Positions 27,651 through 36,715 of a stretch of DNA of 64,000 nt are shown in pieces. Both the position numbers and the translations under genes were made by a program. Positions within the stretch are counted from its first letter, which is position 1. Every line of letters starts with the position of its first letter. A model generated the notes under the pieces. It worked only from the letters and a program-made list of their open reading frames with translations. It was not told the origin of the DNA and did no database searches. The DNA comes from Candidatus Micrarchaeota archaeon (lineage in GTDB: Archaea > Micrarchaeota > Micrarchaeia > Norongarragalinales > Norongarragalinaceae): contig JBBIMI010000002.1 in assembly GCA_037444485.1 (NCBI GenBank), forward strand, positions 39 through 64,038. Reading direction: 5' to 3'.

Positions 27651-27764
27651 TTGGGTGCTAGACCACGCAAGTGGAAAAAAAAGGGGCACATGCGCTGGAA
27701 GTGGATTAAGAAGAAACGAAAGCGCTTGAAGCGCATGCAGAAGCGCCGCGTCGGCGAGCTGTAA
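27651..27764 (+). CDS. rpl41e: 50S ribosomal protein L41e
   Basis: Hand translation gives (M/L)[36 protein letters not shown], matching archaeal L41e ([22 protein letters not shown]). TTG start with a GGAGG 9 nt upstream. Below the ORF-track cutoff. Confidence 0.5.
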   Translation: MGARPRKWKKKGHMRWKWIKKKRKRLKRMQKRRVGEL

Positions 27765-27811
27765 GCAACGCGGGCGTCAGCTTTTATTTTGCTTTCTTCC
27801 TACAGTAATTC

Positions 27812-28393
27812 ATGCAACTAGTTCACGCGAACGATTTCCACGCATTCGAAAAAAAAATTCGTGAAGCGATTCGCGGCGGGGAAGTTTTCATCTACCCGAC
27901 GGACACTATTTACGGGCTAGGCTGCAACGCGCTTAAAAGCGAGGCAGTAGCGAAAATCCGTTTGCTGAAAGAACGCGAGCGAAAACCATTTTCAGTAATC
28001 GCACCTTCCCTCGCGTGGATTGAGGAAAACCTTGAAGTCAGCCAGCAAGCACGCGAATTCATTCAAGAAAACCTGCCGGGAGCTTTCACTATACTCTTGA
28101 AAATGAAGAACGAGAACTGCGTTTCGCCTGAAGTCGTGAAAGGCGGAAAGCCAAGCGTTTTAGGTGTACGTATTCCACGCCACTGGTTCACGCAAGTAGT
28201 GCGCAAAGCAAACGTGCCGTTCGTGACTACGAGCGTCAACAAGTCCGGCGGAAAATTCATGACGAGCATCCGCGACTGCGACAAGACGATTCTCGCGAAT
28301 GTTGACTACGTGGTTTACGAGGGCCCAAAACACGGAAAACCCAGCACCATAATCGATTTCACTAGCGGTAAAAAGAAAACCGTGAAACGCTGA
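27812..28393 (+). CDS. tsaC: L-threonylcarbamoyladenylate synthase (Sua5/YrdC/TsaC)
   Basis: YPTDTIYGLGCNA YrdC-domain signature. ~190 aa, YrdC domain only. Confidence 0.8.
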   Translation: MQLVHANDFHAFEKKIREAIRGGEVFIYPTDTIYGLGCNALKSEAVAKIRLLKERERKPFSVIAPSLAWIEENLEVSQQAREFIQENLPGAFTILLKMKNENCVSPEVVKGGKPSVLGVRIPRHWFTQVVRKANVPFVTTSVNKSGGKFMTSIRDCDKTILANVDYVVYEGPKHGKPSTIIDFTSGKKKTVKR

Positions 28394-28474
28394 CAAACAC
28401 CGACAAACAAACAAAAAAAACAAAAAACAAACAAAAAACCATGAAACGCTGGCAAACACTGACAAACACTGGCT

Positions 28475-29458
28475 TTACTTCCGCCAAGTTACTTTCACGG
28501 CGTCAGTTCGCTGGTAAGGTAAAATTTTCAGTGAATCGTAATCGCGCGTCGCCTGCTTTTTTTGAAGAATTCCCTGCCAAGCAATCATCGCTCCATTGTC
28601 TACAAGAAACTCGTTTGGTGGCACAAACAGCTTCGCGCCCCGTTCTTCGCACATTACTCGCGCTTTTTCTTGCAGGATTTTCGAGCACGCTACACCCCCG
28701 CCGAGGAGGAGCTCATTCTTTGCGCAGTGTGCAAGCGCGCGTTCGGCGACTTCCACTAGCATTGAGAAGGCGACTTCTTGAAGCGAGTACGCTAAGTCTT
28801 CTTTTGAGTGCTTGCCGGAGTCAGCTAGTTGCTTTGCGCGAGTGAGTAGGCCGGAAAACGTTAAGTCCATTCCTTTAACGGTGTATGGAAGCGATACAAA
28901 GTTTTTTGCTTTATAGTATAATTCTTGTAGTTTCGGGCCGCCGGGAAAGCCGAGTCCCAAGTGACGCGCGAACTTGTCTAGCAAGTTGCCGGCGCCTATG
29001 TCGAGTGTCTCGCCAAAAATTCTGTAGCGGCCTCCCTCAAAAGCAATCACTTGAGTGTTGGCCCCGCTCACGTAAAGTAGTACTGGATCTCTAGCTTTCG
29101 TCAGCAGCCGCCCGATCTCGAGGTGCGCGCAACAATGATTGACTCCGACTGCCGGGGTGTTCAAGCGCTTGGCTAGTTCGCGAGTTTTTTCTAGTCCGAC
29201 TTGAAGACAATTGCCTATTCCGGGTCCTTGAGAAAAAGAAACCAAATCGATTCGCGATTTGTTCAACCCGCTTTTTTCAAGAGCTGATGCAAAAACTTCG
29301 TCTGCGCGGCGCCTCAAGAAAGCTGCGACTTCGCTGGGAATTATTCCTGTGCCGTCGGAAGCAAAGCTTGCTTTTTCGTTCACTAAAATCCTTCCCTTGT
29401 CTGAAACTACTCCAACCCCGAACGTGTGAGCAGTTGATTCTATTCCAAGGCAAAACAT
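28475..29458 (-). CDS. kae1: tRNA N6-adenosine threonylcarbamoyltransferase Kae1 (TsaD)
   Basis: MFCLGIESTAHTFGVG..., metal-binding HCCAH and GGGVACS motifs of the Kae1/TsaD family. Confidence 0.85.
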   Translation of the reverse strand: MFCLGIESTAHTFGVGVVSDKGRILVNEKASFASDGTGIIPSEVAAFLRRRADEVFASALEKSGLNKSRIDLVSFSQGPGIGNCLQVGLEKTRELAKRLNTPAVGVNHCCAHLEIGRLLTKARDPVLLYVSGANTQVIAFEGGRYRIFGETLDIGAGNLLDKFARHLGLGFPGGPKLQELYYKAKNFVSLPYTVKGMDLTFSGLLTRAKQLADSGKHSKEDLAYSLQEVAFSMLVEVAERALAHCAKNELLLGGGVACSKILQEKARVMCEERGAKLFVPPNEFLVDNGAMIAWQGILQKKQATRDYDSLKILPYQRTDAVKVTWRK

Positions 29459-30303
29459 TTAAGACACCATAAGAAAACGATGAAAAACCATAAAATTGTT
29501 GCAGGATTTATTGCGGTGTTGCGGGATTTATTGCGAATGCGGAATTGTTTAACAGAATCTGTTCCTGAAGCAAGCCACCAAAATTTTTACTGCACGCAAT
29601 TGAAAGAAAAATTAAGCAATCTAACTGAAAAAATTAACTGAAAAAATATTTTACGAGATTTCCACCGCGGCAGATAACGGTTTACTGGATGACGTCCCAC
29701 CAAGGTTGAAGCCTCAAGTTTCCTTAACGCGTTACGCGAACACAGTTAAAAGCGTTTTGCCTTGCGTCAAGCGCGATGCGAGGCCCGCGCCTGCGGTACT
29801 GCGGCGGACGCGGATTACTCGCCTGCAATGCTTTAAAGCCTGCGACGTGCGCTCGAACTCTCAAAAGCGTTTCACGTTAACGAACGCGTACAACGTTTAG
29901 TAAACCAGCTGCAGCGATAGGTTTTTTAAAGAAAACCCGAAATTACTTAAACAATCCAAAACTCTAGGATACTTCAACATTTGACAACAGTATTGTATTT
30001 AGTATTGTATTTAGCGCACCACCGCAACGTAGCGTACCACCGCAAGGCTCACTACCGTAAGTGGTGCACGCTGACCCGGAAAAAACTGGCTCACGCCGCC
30101 ATCTCCTGCGACGCGCACAACAAGAGCCTGCGTCAGCGAGCCCGCGCGGCCACTACAAAAAACTAAAAAAAATTAACTGAAGCGAAAAAATTAAGGGCGA
30201 AAAATTAGCGAAATAATTAGGGTTGATTCACCCGTGACTTCATCCGTTGCGTTCAGGCAACGGGTTTCTCGATGCAACGGGTTTCTCAGCCAAACACGTT
30301 TAA

Positions 30304-30945
30304 ATGAAACATGAAAAACGCGTTGTAATCGGTGGAGGGGCGGAAGCAATCATTTACCGTGCAGGAGCACGCGTGATAAAACACCGCCCAAAAAAAAGCT
30401 ACAGGCACCCGAAAATAGAATTAGAGTTTAGGGTAGCCCGCACGCGGCGGGAAGCGCGCGTGCTCTCAAAGGCAGCAGCCATCGGCATCAAGGTTCCCCG
30501 CGTGTTGTCGGAAAAAGCGCGCGAAGGAATTCTTGAAATAGAGTATGTTGCGGGAAAGAAAATGCGTGACGTGCTTGATGCAGCGCACGGTGGGGTGACG
30601 CCCCGCATTCTCGCTTACTGCCGCAAGATTGGAGAAGGAATTGCTTTGCTTCACAAGCACGACATCGTGCACGGCGACTTGACCACATCAAACTTTATTG
30701 TTAAGGGCGACGATGTTTACTTCATTGACTTCGGGCTGAGTTTTCATTCACCGCGCTTCGAAGACAAGGCGGTAGACCTTCACTTGTTGAAGCGCGCGCT
30801 TTCCAGCAGGCACTACGAGAATTGGGTGAAACTCTTCAACGCAGTACTTGAAGGCTATAAAAAAGTTTTCGGTAAAGAAACCGATTTTGTACTCAAGCGG
30901 TTGGAAGTCGTTGAATCGCGCGGGCGTTATAAGAAAAAAACGTGA
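30304..30945 (+). CDS. bud32: KEOPS kinase Bud32 (atypical RIO-like kinase)
   Basis: GAEAIIY...K..., HGDLTTSNFIV, IDFGLS kinase motifs. ~210 aa. Confidence 0.8.
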   Translation: MKHEKRVVIGGGAEAIIYRAGARVIKHRPKKSYRHPKIELEFRVARTRREARVLSKAAAIGIKVPRVLSEKAREGILEIEYVAGKKMRDVLDAAHGGVTPRILAYCRKIGEGIALLHKHDIVHGDLTTSNFIVKGDDVYFIDFGLSFHSPRFEDKAVDLHLLKRALSSRHYENWVKLFNAVLEGYKKVFGKETDFVLKRLEVVESRGRYKKKT

Positions 30946-30950
30946 ATTAA

Positions 30951-31604
30951 GTGAATAAAAAAATCAAGGTTTTAATTAAGAATAAAAAAATCAAGGTTTT
31001 AATTAAGAAATACGGCGGGCTTTACAGCACTGCGCTCGGAATAAACTTGCGCGGCGCGCGGGAAAGCGAAGTCTTCAAGTGGTTCCTTGCTTCAATGCTT
31101 TTCGGCGCACGCATCAGCGAAGACAAAGCTTTTTCGACTTACCGCGAATTCAAGCGAATGCGCGTTCTCTCGCCTGACGCGATTCTCCGCACTGGTTGGG
31201 ACGGGCTCGTGGGAATTCTCGATAACGGCGGTTACGTGCGTTACGACTTCAGCACCGCGACAGACTTACTCGAATGCGCGAAAACCTTGAAACAAAAATA
31301 CGGCGGCAAGCTCTCTCGCCTCTGCACGCAAGCTAAAAACCACGGTGAACTAGTAGCGCGGTTGCTTGAACTCCGCGGCGTCGGGCCAGTGACTGCAAGC
31401 ATTTTCTTACGCGAACTCCGCGGCGAGCGAGAGTGGTGCAAAGCACGACCGATGCCTACGCAACTCGTCCTGCTCGCAGCGCGAAAACTCGGAATCAAGA
31501 ACATCGCGAAAACGCTGGAAGAACTCCCGCCCCGCAAGTCGATTACACTTGAAACCGCGCTCGTGCGCGTTGGAAAACTCGCGCGACACGGCAAGAAAAT
31601 CTGA
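30951..31604 (+). CDS. helix-hairpin-helix (HhH) DNA-binding protein with duplicated N-terminus
   Basis: LRGVGPVTASIFLRELR is an HhH motif. The N-terminus repeats KKIKVLIK twice because of a 24-bp tandem DNA duplication (aaaaaaatcaaggttttaattaaga ×2). Confidence 0.4.
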   Translation: MNKKIKVLIKNKKIKVLIKKYGGLYSTALGINLRGARESEVFKWFLASMLFGARISEDKAFSTYREFKRMRVLSPDAILRTGWDGLVGILDNGGYVRYDFSTATDLLECAKTLKQKYGGKLSRLCTQAKNHGELVARLLELRGVGPVTASIFLRELRGEREWCKARPMPTQLVLLAARKLGIKNIAKTLEELPPRKSITLETALVRVGKLARHGKKI

Positions 31605-31677
31605 CAAGAAAATTGTCTGTAAATTGTCTGTAAAGTCTGTTAAACGACGGCGGTTAAGCGTCGGCGTTAAGCGTTCG

Positions 31678-32247
31678 TTAAGCGAACAACTGCGGGAAAT
31701 GCAGAGCGAGTACTATCGTGAAAATGTTGTAGCCAGCGTGCGCGAGCATGCATGCATGCAAGTCGTTGTTCCTGCGAAGTTCAAGGCCCAATAGTACTGA
31801 AATCAAGAAAGCCGCAATCACCTCGACTATCGAGCCGTAACCCAAGTGCAGAGCGGCGAACAAAACGCTTGAAAAGATTATTCCGATTCGCTTCTGCAAG
31901 TAACCGCGGAAAAACAATTCTTCACCAATCGGGCTCACGCTCACGGCAATAAAAAGAGTTAATGCGTTCTGCGCGCGAATGAAGTCTAACACTTTCCGCG
32001 AGTCGAGAAAACCAAAGAAATTGGAAATGTTCGCAAGCAACAATAACACTAAAAGCATTAAGACGAACAAGCGAACAGCGCGCAAGACCGACTTCACTGG
32101 ATTAAAGTATTCTAGAGATAGCAATTTCGGGAAATCGCGTAATCGCTTGCGCTCGAACGCGAGCAGAACGAAGGGCAGAATTAAAATCAAGAAAGGCAAT
32201 AATGGTAACTGGATTCCTGAAGAAAACGAGGAAAACAATTCTCGCAC
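31678..32247 (-). CDS. CPBP-family (CAAX protease-like) intramembrane metalloprotease
   Basis: EELFFRG, FAALH and H..YN motifs with multiple TM segments. Confidence 0.7.
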   Translation of the reverse strand: MRELFSSFSSGIQLPLLPFLILILPFVLLAFERKRLRDFPKLLSLEYFNPVKSVLRAVRLFVLMLLVLLLLANISNFFGFLDSRKVLDFIRAQNALTLFIAVSVSPIGEELFFRGYLQKRIGIIFSSVLFAALHLGYGSIVEVIAAFLISVLLGLELRRNNDLHACMLAHAGYNIFTIVLALHFPQLFA

Positions 32248-32291
32248 ACCAGAGAAACAAGTAGAAAAAACCAGTTAAAAAAATCTGGGTT

Positions 32292-32441
32292 TCAGAGTTT
32301 TTCCATGTAGCCGCAGCGTCCGCAGCTTCGGCGGTCCTTGTGTTCCGCAAGCGCGACTCCAGGCCCGCATTTTGGGCAGTACTTGCGTGGCTTGAAAGGC
32401 TTGAATGCTTTCTTTTTCCCTTTTCCTTTTTCTTCAACCAT
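32292..32441 (-). CDS. rps27ae: 30S ribosomal protein S27ae (eS31)
   Basis: Hand translation gives [64 protein letters not shown] is the S27ae zinc ribbon. Below the ORF cutoff. Lies downstream of rps24e, as is conserved. Confidence 0.7.
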   Translation of the reverse strand: MVEEKGKGKKKAFKPFKPRKYCPKCGPGVALAEHKDRRSCGRCGYMEKL

Positions 32442-32481
32442 TAACTAATAATTTCCCCCTTCACGCTTATTCACTTATTAC

Positions 32482-32829
32482 TTATCTTATTACTGATTCT
32501 TCGCTTGCTTTCTTTTCAGCTTCTTCGCTTACTTTCTTTTCAACGCTTTCCTTTTTTTCTTTATGCTTGCCGCGCGCGAGCTTGAAAGAGCGTTCCGTCT
32601 TCTTAAGCGCGTTTGCGTTCGAATAGATTTTCGCGTTTACTATCGCCTGCCGTTCACCGAACTTTTGCGTGATAGCGTCTATAACGATCGTGTCCGGACT
32701 TGCTTTAAAGAATTCGCTTAACTGCTTCAACAATTCATCGCGTGATGGTGTTGCGTCCACGCGTTCGACGAGTACGGCGACTTCCTTGCGTGAAAACAAT
32801 GGGTTTTCATTTTGTTTCAAAACCTTCAT
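32482..32829 (-). CDS. rps24e: 30S ribosomal protein S24e
   Basis: NPLFSRKEVAVLVERVDATPSRDEL...FGERQAIVNAKIY is the S24e signature. Confidence 0.8.
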   Translation of the reverse strand: MKVLKQNENPLFSRKEVAVLVERVDATPSRDELLKQLSEFFKASPDTIVIDAITQKFGERQAIVNAKIYSNANALKKTERSFKLARGKHKEKKESVEKKVSEEAEKKASEESVIR

Positions 32830-32889
32830 CGAATTCCCACCGGTTTTCCGCTCAGTTTTCCACTCGATTTTTTTTACTCGGTTTTCAAC

Positions 32890-33075
32890 TCACTTTATTT
32901 TTAATGCGTAGCGTCCGGGCGCGGTTGCGCCTAACGCTTTCGCTATTTCAGAATTCTCGATGTTCATCAACACGATGTAGCCTTCCCACGTTTTCGTCAA
33001 CTGAGAATCCTTGCAAACTGGGCAAACGTCGCCTTTCACGATGAGCCGGCATTTCTTGCACGCTTTCTCAACCAA
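32890..33075 (-). CDS. spt4: transcription elongation factor Spt4 (RNA polymerase subunit E'')
   Basis: 61 aa with CKKC...CPVC zinc ribbon. Lies immediately downstream of rpoE'. Confidence 0.75.
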   Translation of the reverse strand: MVEKACKKCRLIVKGDVCPVCKDSQLTKTWEGYIVLMNIENSEIAKALGATAPGRYALKIK

Positions 33076-33217
33076 CTATGTTCACCATATTCACTAAGGT
33101 TCACTGAAGAAATTTGGTTTTATCATTGACTTTATCGAATTCATTTTTCACTCTCGATTTAATTAATTTTTGATTAATTTTTGATTATTTTTTATTTTTT
33201 AATTTTTTAATTTTTTT

Positions 33218-33805
33218 CTACTTTTTCTTTTTCTTTTGCGCGCCAGCCGCGCCTTCCGCTTTCTCGCTTTCTTCGCCTGAGGCAGCCGCAGTTTTTCCAA
33301 GTCCCTCGGGGCGCATGGTTAAAGCGATTTTGCTGTTGGGAATGTTGTCCTTCAAGCTAACGGTAGCGATTTTCACGCGAACTTTATCGCCTTTGCGTAG
33401 GAGTCGCTTCGAATCGCGGCCCACGAGCGCGCCTTGCTTCTTGTCGAAAGTCATGAAGTCGTTCGCGACTTGCGACACGTGCACTAAGCCGTCGATGGGT
33501 CCAAGCCGCACGAAAGCTCCGAACTCGACTATTTCGCTGACTTTTCCGTCGACAACCTCGTTAATCTGCGGCGAAAATACGAGTGCTTCGCACTCTACGT
33601 CAAAGTATGCGGCCCCGTCGCCGTGAAGCACGCGGCCTGGCGACTTGATTTTAGCGTTGTGCAGGCTTACAATTATTCCGAGCTGCTTGTCGACGGTGCG
33701 TTCGTACTGCTCGCGCAGGATTTTCAGCGCTGCCTTGTTTAACGGCATTCCAAACAAGTTTGGGGGAATGCGCACGCTTTCTTCGAAAGTCAAGAGCTTG
33801 TACAC
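33218..33805 (-). CDS. rpoE: DNA-directed RNA polymerase subunit E' (Rpo7)
   Basis: Rpb7-like N-domain (MYKLLTFEESVRIPP) plus S1 domain (GKVSEIVEFGAFVRLGPIDGLVHVSQV). Lys-rich tail. Confidence 0.8.
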   Translation of the reverse strand: MYKLLTFEESVRIPPNLFGMPLNKAALKILREQYERTVDKQLGIIVSLHNAKIKSPGRVLHGDGAAYFDVECEALVFSPQINEVVDGKVSEIVEFGAFVRLGPIDGLVHVSQVANDFMTFDKKQGALVGRDSKRLLRKGDKVRVKIATVSLKDNIPNSKIALTMRPEGLGKTAAASGEESEKAEGAAGAQKKKKK

Positions 33806-33890
33806 TTGTTCACCTTCCGATTTTTTCTTTTAACTAAACAAACAAAAAAATTTTTGGGAATAAAAAAAATAGTTCGAATAAAAAAGGGTT

Positions 33891-34274
33891 TTAAGCTAAT
33901 ACGATTGTCTTGTTTCTCAAGGTTATACTTTGCACTCCCGCCTTTTTTAATCTTTGTCTCAAAACATAGTCGAGAGTCGCGACGATAGCGCCGTGTTCGC
34001 GCGCGAAGTCGAAAACCGCCTTGTCAGCTGACTGCACTGCAGTCGCGATTTCATCAACAGAATTCGCGCGCAAGTATTCCTGGATTGCGGGAAAAGCGCG
34101 TTTGCCTTCGCTCAACGCCTTTAACTCGTTCAGGCACGGCTTGAGCACCACTAAGCGCACTGGAAAGTCGAAGAACTCGCGAATCAATGCCGCGAAGTCG
34201 ACTTTCTTCTGCGTTAACGCGAGGAGAAAATTCGTGTCGAGCACAACGATTTTCTGGATTTTTCGTAAAGCCAA
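33891..34274 (-). CDS. PIN-domain nuclease
   Basis: VVLDTNFLL N-terminal PIN motif with downstream acidic residues. PIN genes commonly precede rpoE' in archaea. Confidence 0.6.
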   Translation of the reverse strand: MALRKIQKIVVLDTNFLLALTQKKVDFAALIREFFDFPVRLVVLKPCLNELKALSEGKRAFPAIQEYLRANSVDEIATAVQSADKAVFDFAREHGAIVATLDYVLRQRLKKAGVQSITLRNKTIVLA

Positions 34275-34396
34275 TCCCTGTCCCTTAACGTCTCTTAACG
34301 ATTCTGTTAATAAATGAATAATAAATGTTATAATAAACTTAATTAAATCATTCCAAACTTAATTAAATCCGCTTGAAAAAAAAATTTAAGCGCGTT

Positions 34397-34504
34397 GGGC
34401 TCGTAGCTCAGCTTGGCTAGAGCGCCTGGCTTTTAACGAATTTTTTGAAAGAAAAAAATTTGAGTGAAACCAGGAGGTCGTGGGTCCGAATCCCGCCGAG
34501 CCCG
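34397..34504 (+). tRNA. tRNA-Lys (UUU) with ~35-nt intron at canonical 37/38 position
   Basis: GGGCTCG-TA-GCTC-AGCTTGGCTA-GAGC-G-CCTGG-CTTTTA[intron]A-CCAGG-AGGTC-GTGGGTCCGAATCCCGC-CGAGCCC-G. Confidence 0.7.
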
Positions 34505-34730
34505 CTAGTTTTTGGCTGGTTTTTATTGCTAGTTTTTATTTTCTAGAATTGGAATAGAATTTTGCAGCTGATTCGTTCTCGCCCAGCGACTGAAGTCGCG
34601 AGATTTTTCAGCCAAACGCGTTAAAAAAACATAAACGCGTTAAAAAAAACACTGTTTTATAAAATATTTTTTATAAAGAAACTTTTAGGTTTAGAGTTTT
34701 GAGTTAGAGTTCGGGTTAGTTAGGGGTTTT

Positions 34731-35390
34731 TCAACGAGTTTTGAATCCGCAAGCCTCAAGCACTCGCTTGAAAACTTTCTCGACGGGCGCTTCACCATTC
34801 ACTTCGCGCAAGATTTTTTTCTTAGCGTAGAAAGCAATCAACGGCTTTGTTTGTTTCTCGTAATTCTTTAAACGCGTTTTAATGGCTGCTGGCTCGTCGT
34901 CGCTTCGCTTGAACAACTTGCCTCCGCACTTCGGGCATGGCTGCGACTCGCGAATTTTATTAGAAAGAAGACTGTAAATCGAGCCGCATTTTCCGCATTG
35001 TCTCCGCGCGCTCAAACGCTTGACTGACTCGCGCCGCGAAATCTTTAGGTTTACCACAGCGTTAGCTGGAGGGAGTTTCAAGCGCGCGAGAAGCTTTTCA
35101 AGCAAGCGGGCTTGATTGACAGTCCGCGGATAGCCGTCGAGAATGACGCCGTTGCGCGAGTCGCGCATGCGCAACCGTTTTTCGAGAATGCTTGTGGTCA
35201 AGTCGTCCGGCAACAACTCTCCTTTCGAGATTATTGAATTGATTTTCTTGCTGAGCCGAGTTTTCTTCACGGTTTCAGCCCGAATCAAATCACCTGCAGA
35301 AACGTGCGGGATTCCTAGTTTTCTGCTTAACAACTTTGCTTGAGTGCCTTTACCGCTTCCTTGCGGTCCAAACAAGATTATTGTAGGCAT
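34731..35390 (-). CDS. adk: adenylate kinase (long bacterial-type with zinc LID)
   Basis: P-loop FGPQGSGKGTQ, LID C..C...C..C (CGKCGS...CPKCGG). Start at internal MPTIILFG. Confidence 0.8.
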   Translation of the reverse strand: MPTIILFGPQGSGKGTQAKLLSRKLGIPHVSAGDLIRAETVKKTRLSKKINSIISKGELLPDDLTTSILEKRLRMRDSRNGVILDGYPRTVNQARLLEKLLARLKLPPANAVVNLKISRRESVKRLSARRQCGKCGSIYSLLSNKIRESQPCPKCGGKLFKRSDDEPAAIKTRLKNYEKQTKPLIAFYAKKKILREVNGEAPVEKVFKRVLEACGFKTR

Positions 35391-35398
35391 TCGTTTTT

Positions 35399-36610
35399 TC
35401 ACACGATTTTTCCGGCTGCGTACAACCTCCAACGGTTGTTGACGCGCCGCATGAGCGCAACGCGGTCGCCTTTATTCGCGCAAACTGGTTTTTTAAAGGT
35501 TAAGTGCAGCACGCCCCTCTTGCTAGCTGACGGAAAACCGATTGTGGTAGAGGTTCCCACGCCAACGACGATTGGCTCGGTCGGAGCGATTGCCTGCGGA
35601 AAGCTTTCTATGACGCGCTTGAGTGGAGTGACTTCGATTGCGAGTTCACTCCACACCGGCGGCAGCGAATTCTTTTCGCCGAGAACGCAACCGACAAGAG
35701 AATCGCTTTTCGTGAGCGCTGGGTCGAGTTCAGTCGAAACCCCTATTAGGCCGCCTGGAAACGCTTCGTTTACGCGCTCGCCGCCAGCGTGCAGTGCAAC
35801 TATCTTCGTAGAAATTGTTTCGTAGTATTCTCGCGTTTTAGACTGGTGCAGCACGCCCGGCGAGATGGTGACTTCGCTTCCTTCGCGTAGTTTTCCTTGC
35901 ACTAGCGAACCGCCAACCACACCACCCACAAGTTTTTTGTAATCGGTGCCTGGCTTGTTGACGTCGAAACTCCGCGCGACGAGGAACTTTGGTGCGGCGT
36001 TCAAGTTGCGTTTTGGAGTCGGAATGTGTTCTTCAATCGCTTGAATGAGCGCGTCTAGGTTCAAGCCGTAATTCGCTACTACGGGAATTACTGGCGCGTT
36101 TTCGAAAGGTGAGTCGCGCAGGAATTCCTTGATTTGCTTGTAGTGCTCGAACGCTTTTTCTTTGGAAACCAAGTCAATCTTGTTTTGAACCACGACGACG
36201 TTCTTCACGCCGCTCGCTTCCAGCACCGCGAGGTGTTCGCGCGTTTGCGGTTGCGGACACTTTTCGTTGGCGGCGATTACAAACAATGCGCCGTCGACGA
36301 TGCTGCTAGCTGCTATTACTGTTGCCATGAGAGTCTCGTGCCCAGGCGCGTCGACGAAGGACACGACGCGCGTAACGCGTGTTTCACTGCCGCACGCTGG
36401 ACACTTTTCTTTTGTGGTGAATGCTTGAGGCTCTGGACACGATGCGCACTTGCGGAACGCCACGTCAGCATAACCGAGTTTTATTGTAATGCCTCGCTTG
36501 ATTTCCTCGCTGTGCGTATCAGTAAACTTGCCTGTGAGAGCAGCCACGAGAGTAGTCTTGCCGTGGTCCACGTGACCCGCAGTCATCACATTCAATTCAG
36601 CTTGAGTCAA
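35399..36610 (-). CDS. eif2g: translation initiation factor 2 subunit gamma (aIF2-gamma)
   Basis: G1 GHVDHGKTTL, G3 DAPGH, NKIDL, plus zinc ribbon CASCPEP...CPACGS. Confidence 0.85.
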   Translation of the reverse strand: MTQAELNVMTAGHVDHGKTTLVAALTGKFTDTHSEEIKRGITIKLGYADVAFRKCASCPEPQAFTTKEKCPACGSETRVTRVVSFVDAPGHETLMATVIAASSIVDGALFVIAANEKCPQPQTREHLAVLEASGVKNVVVVQNKIDLVSKEKAFEHYKQIKEFLRDSPFENAPVIPVVANYGLNLDALIQAIEEHIPTPKRNLNAAPKFLVARSFDVNKPGTDYKKLVGGVVGGSLVQGKLREGSEVTISPGVLHQSKTREYYETISTKIVALHAGGERVNEAFPGGLIGVSTELDPALTKSDSLVGCVLGEKNSLPPVWSELAIEVTPLKRVIESFPQAIAPTEPIVVGVGTSTTIGFPSASKRGVLHLTFKKPVCANKGDRVALMRRVNNRWRLYAAGKIV

Positions 36611-36715
36611 ATCACTTTAACCCTCGAATGAAACTAAATTCGATAAACAAATTTCAACAAACAAATTTCAACAAATTCGCTTGCAAGAACAGGCTTGAAT
36701 CAAAAAAAATGTAGT

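Noticed and set aside
30040-30150. Possible SRP RNA helix 8 (GACCCGGAAAAAACUGGCUC)
   Set aside because: It lacks the invariant GGAAG…AGCAGC symmetric-loop signature. Retained only as an unspecified structured-RNA candidate.
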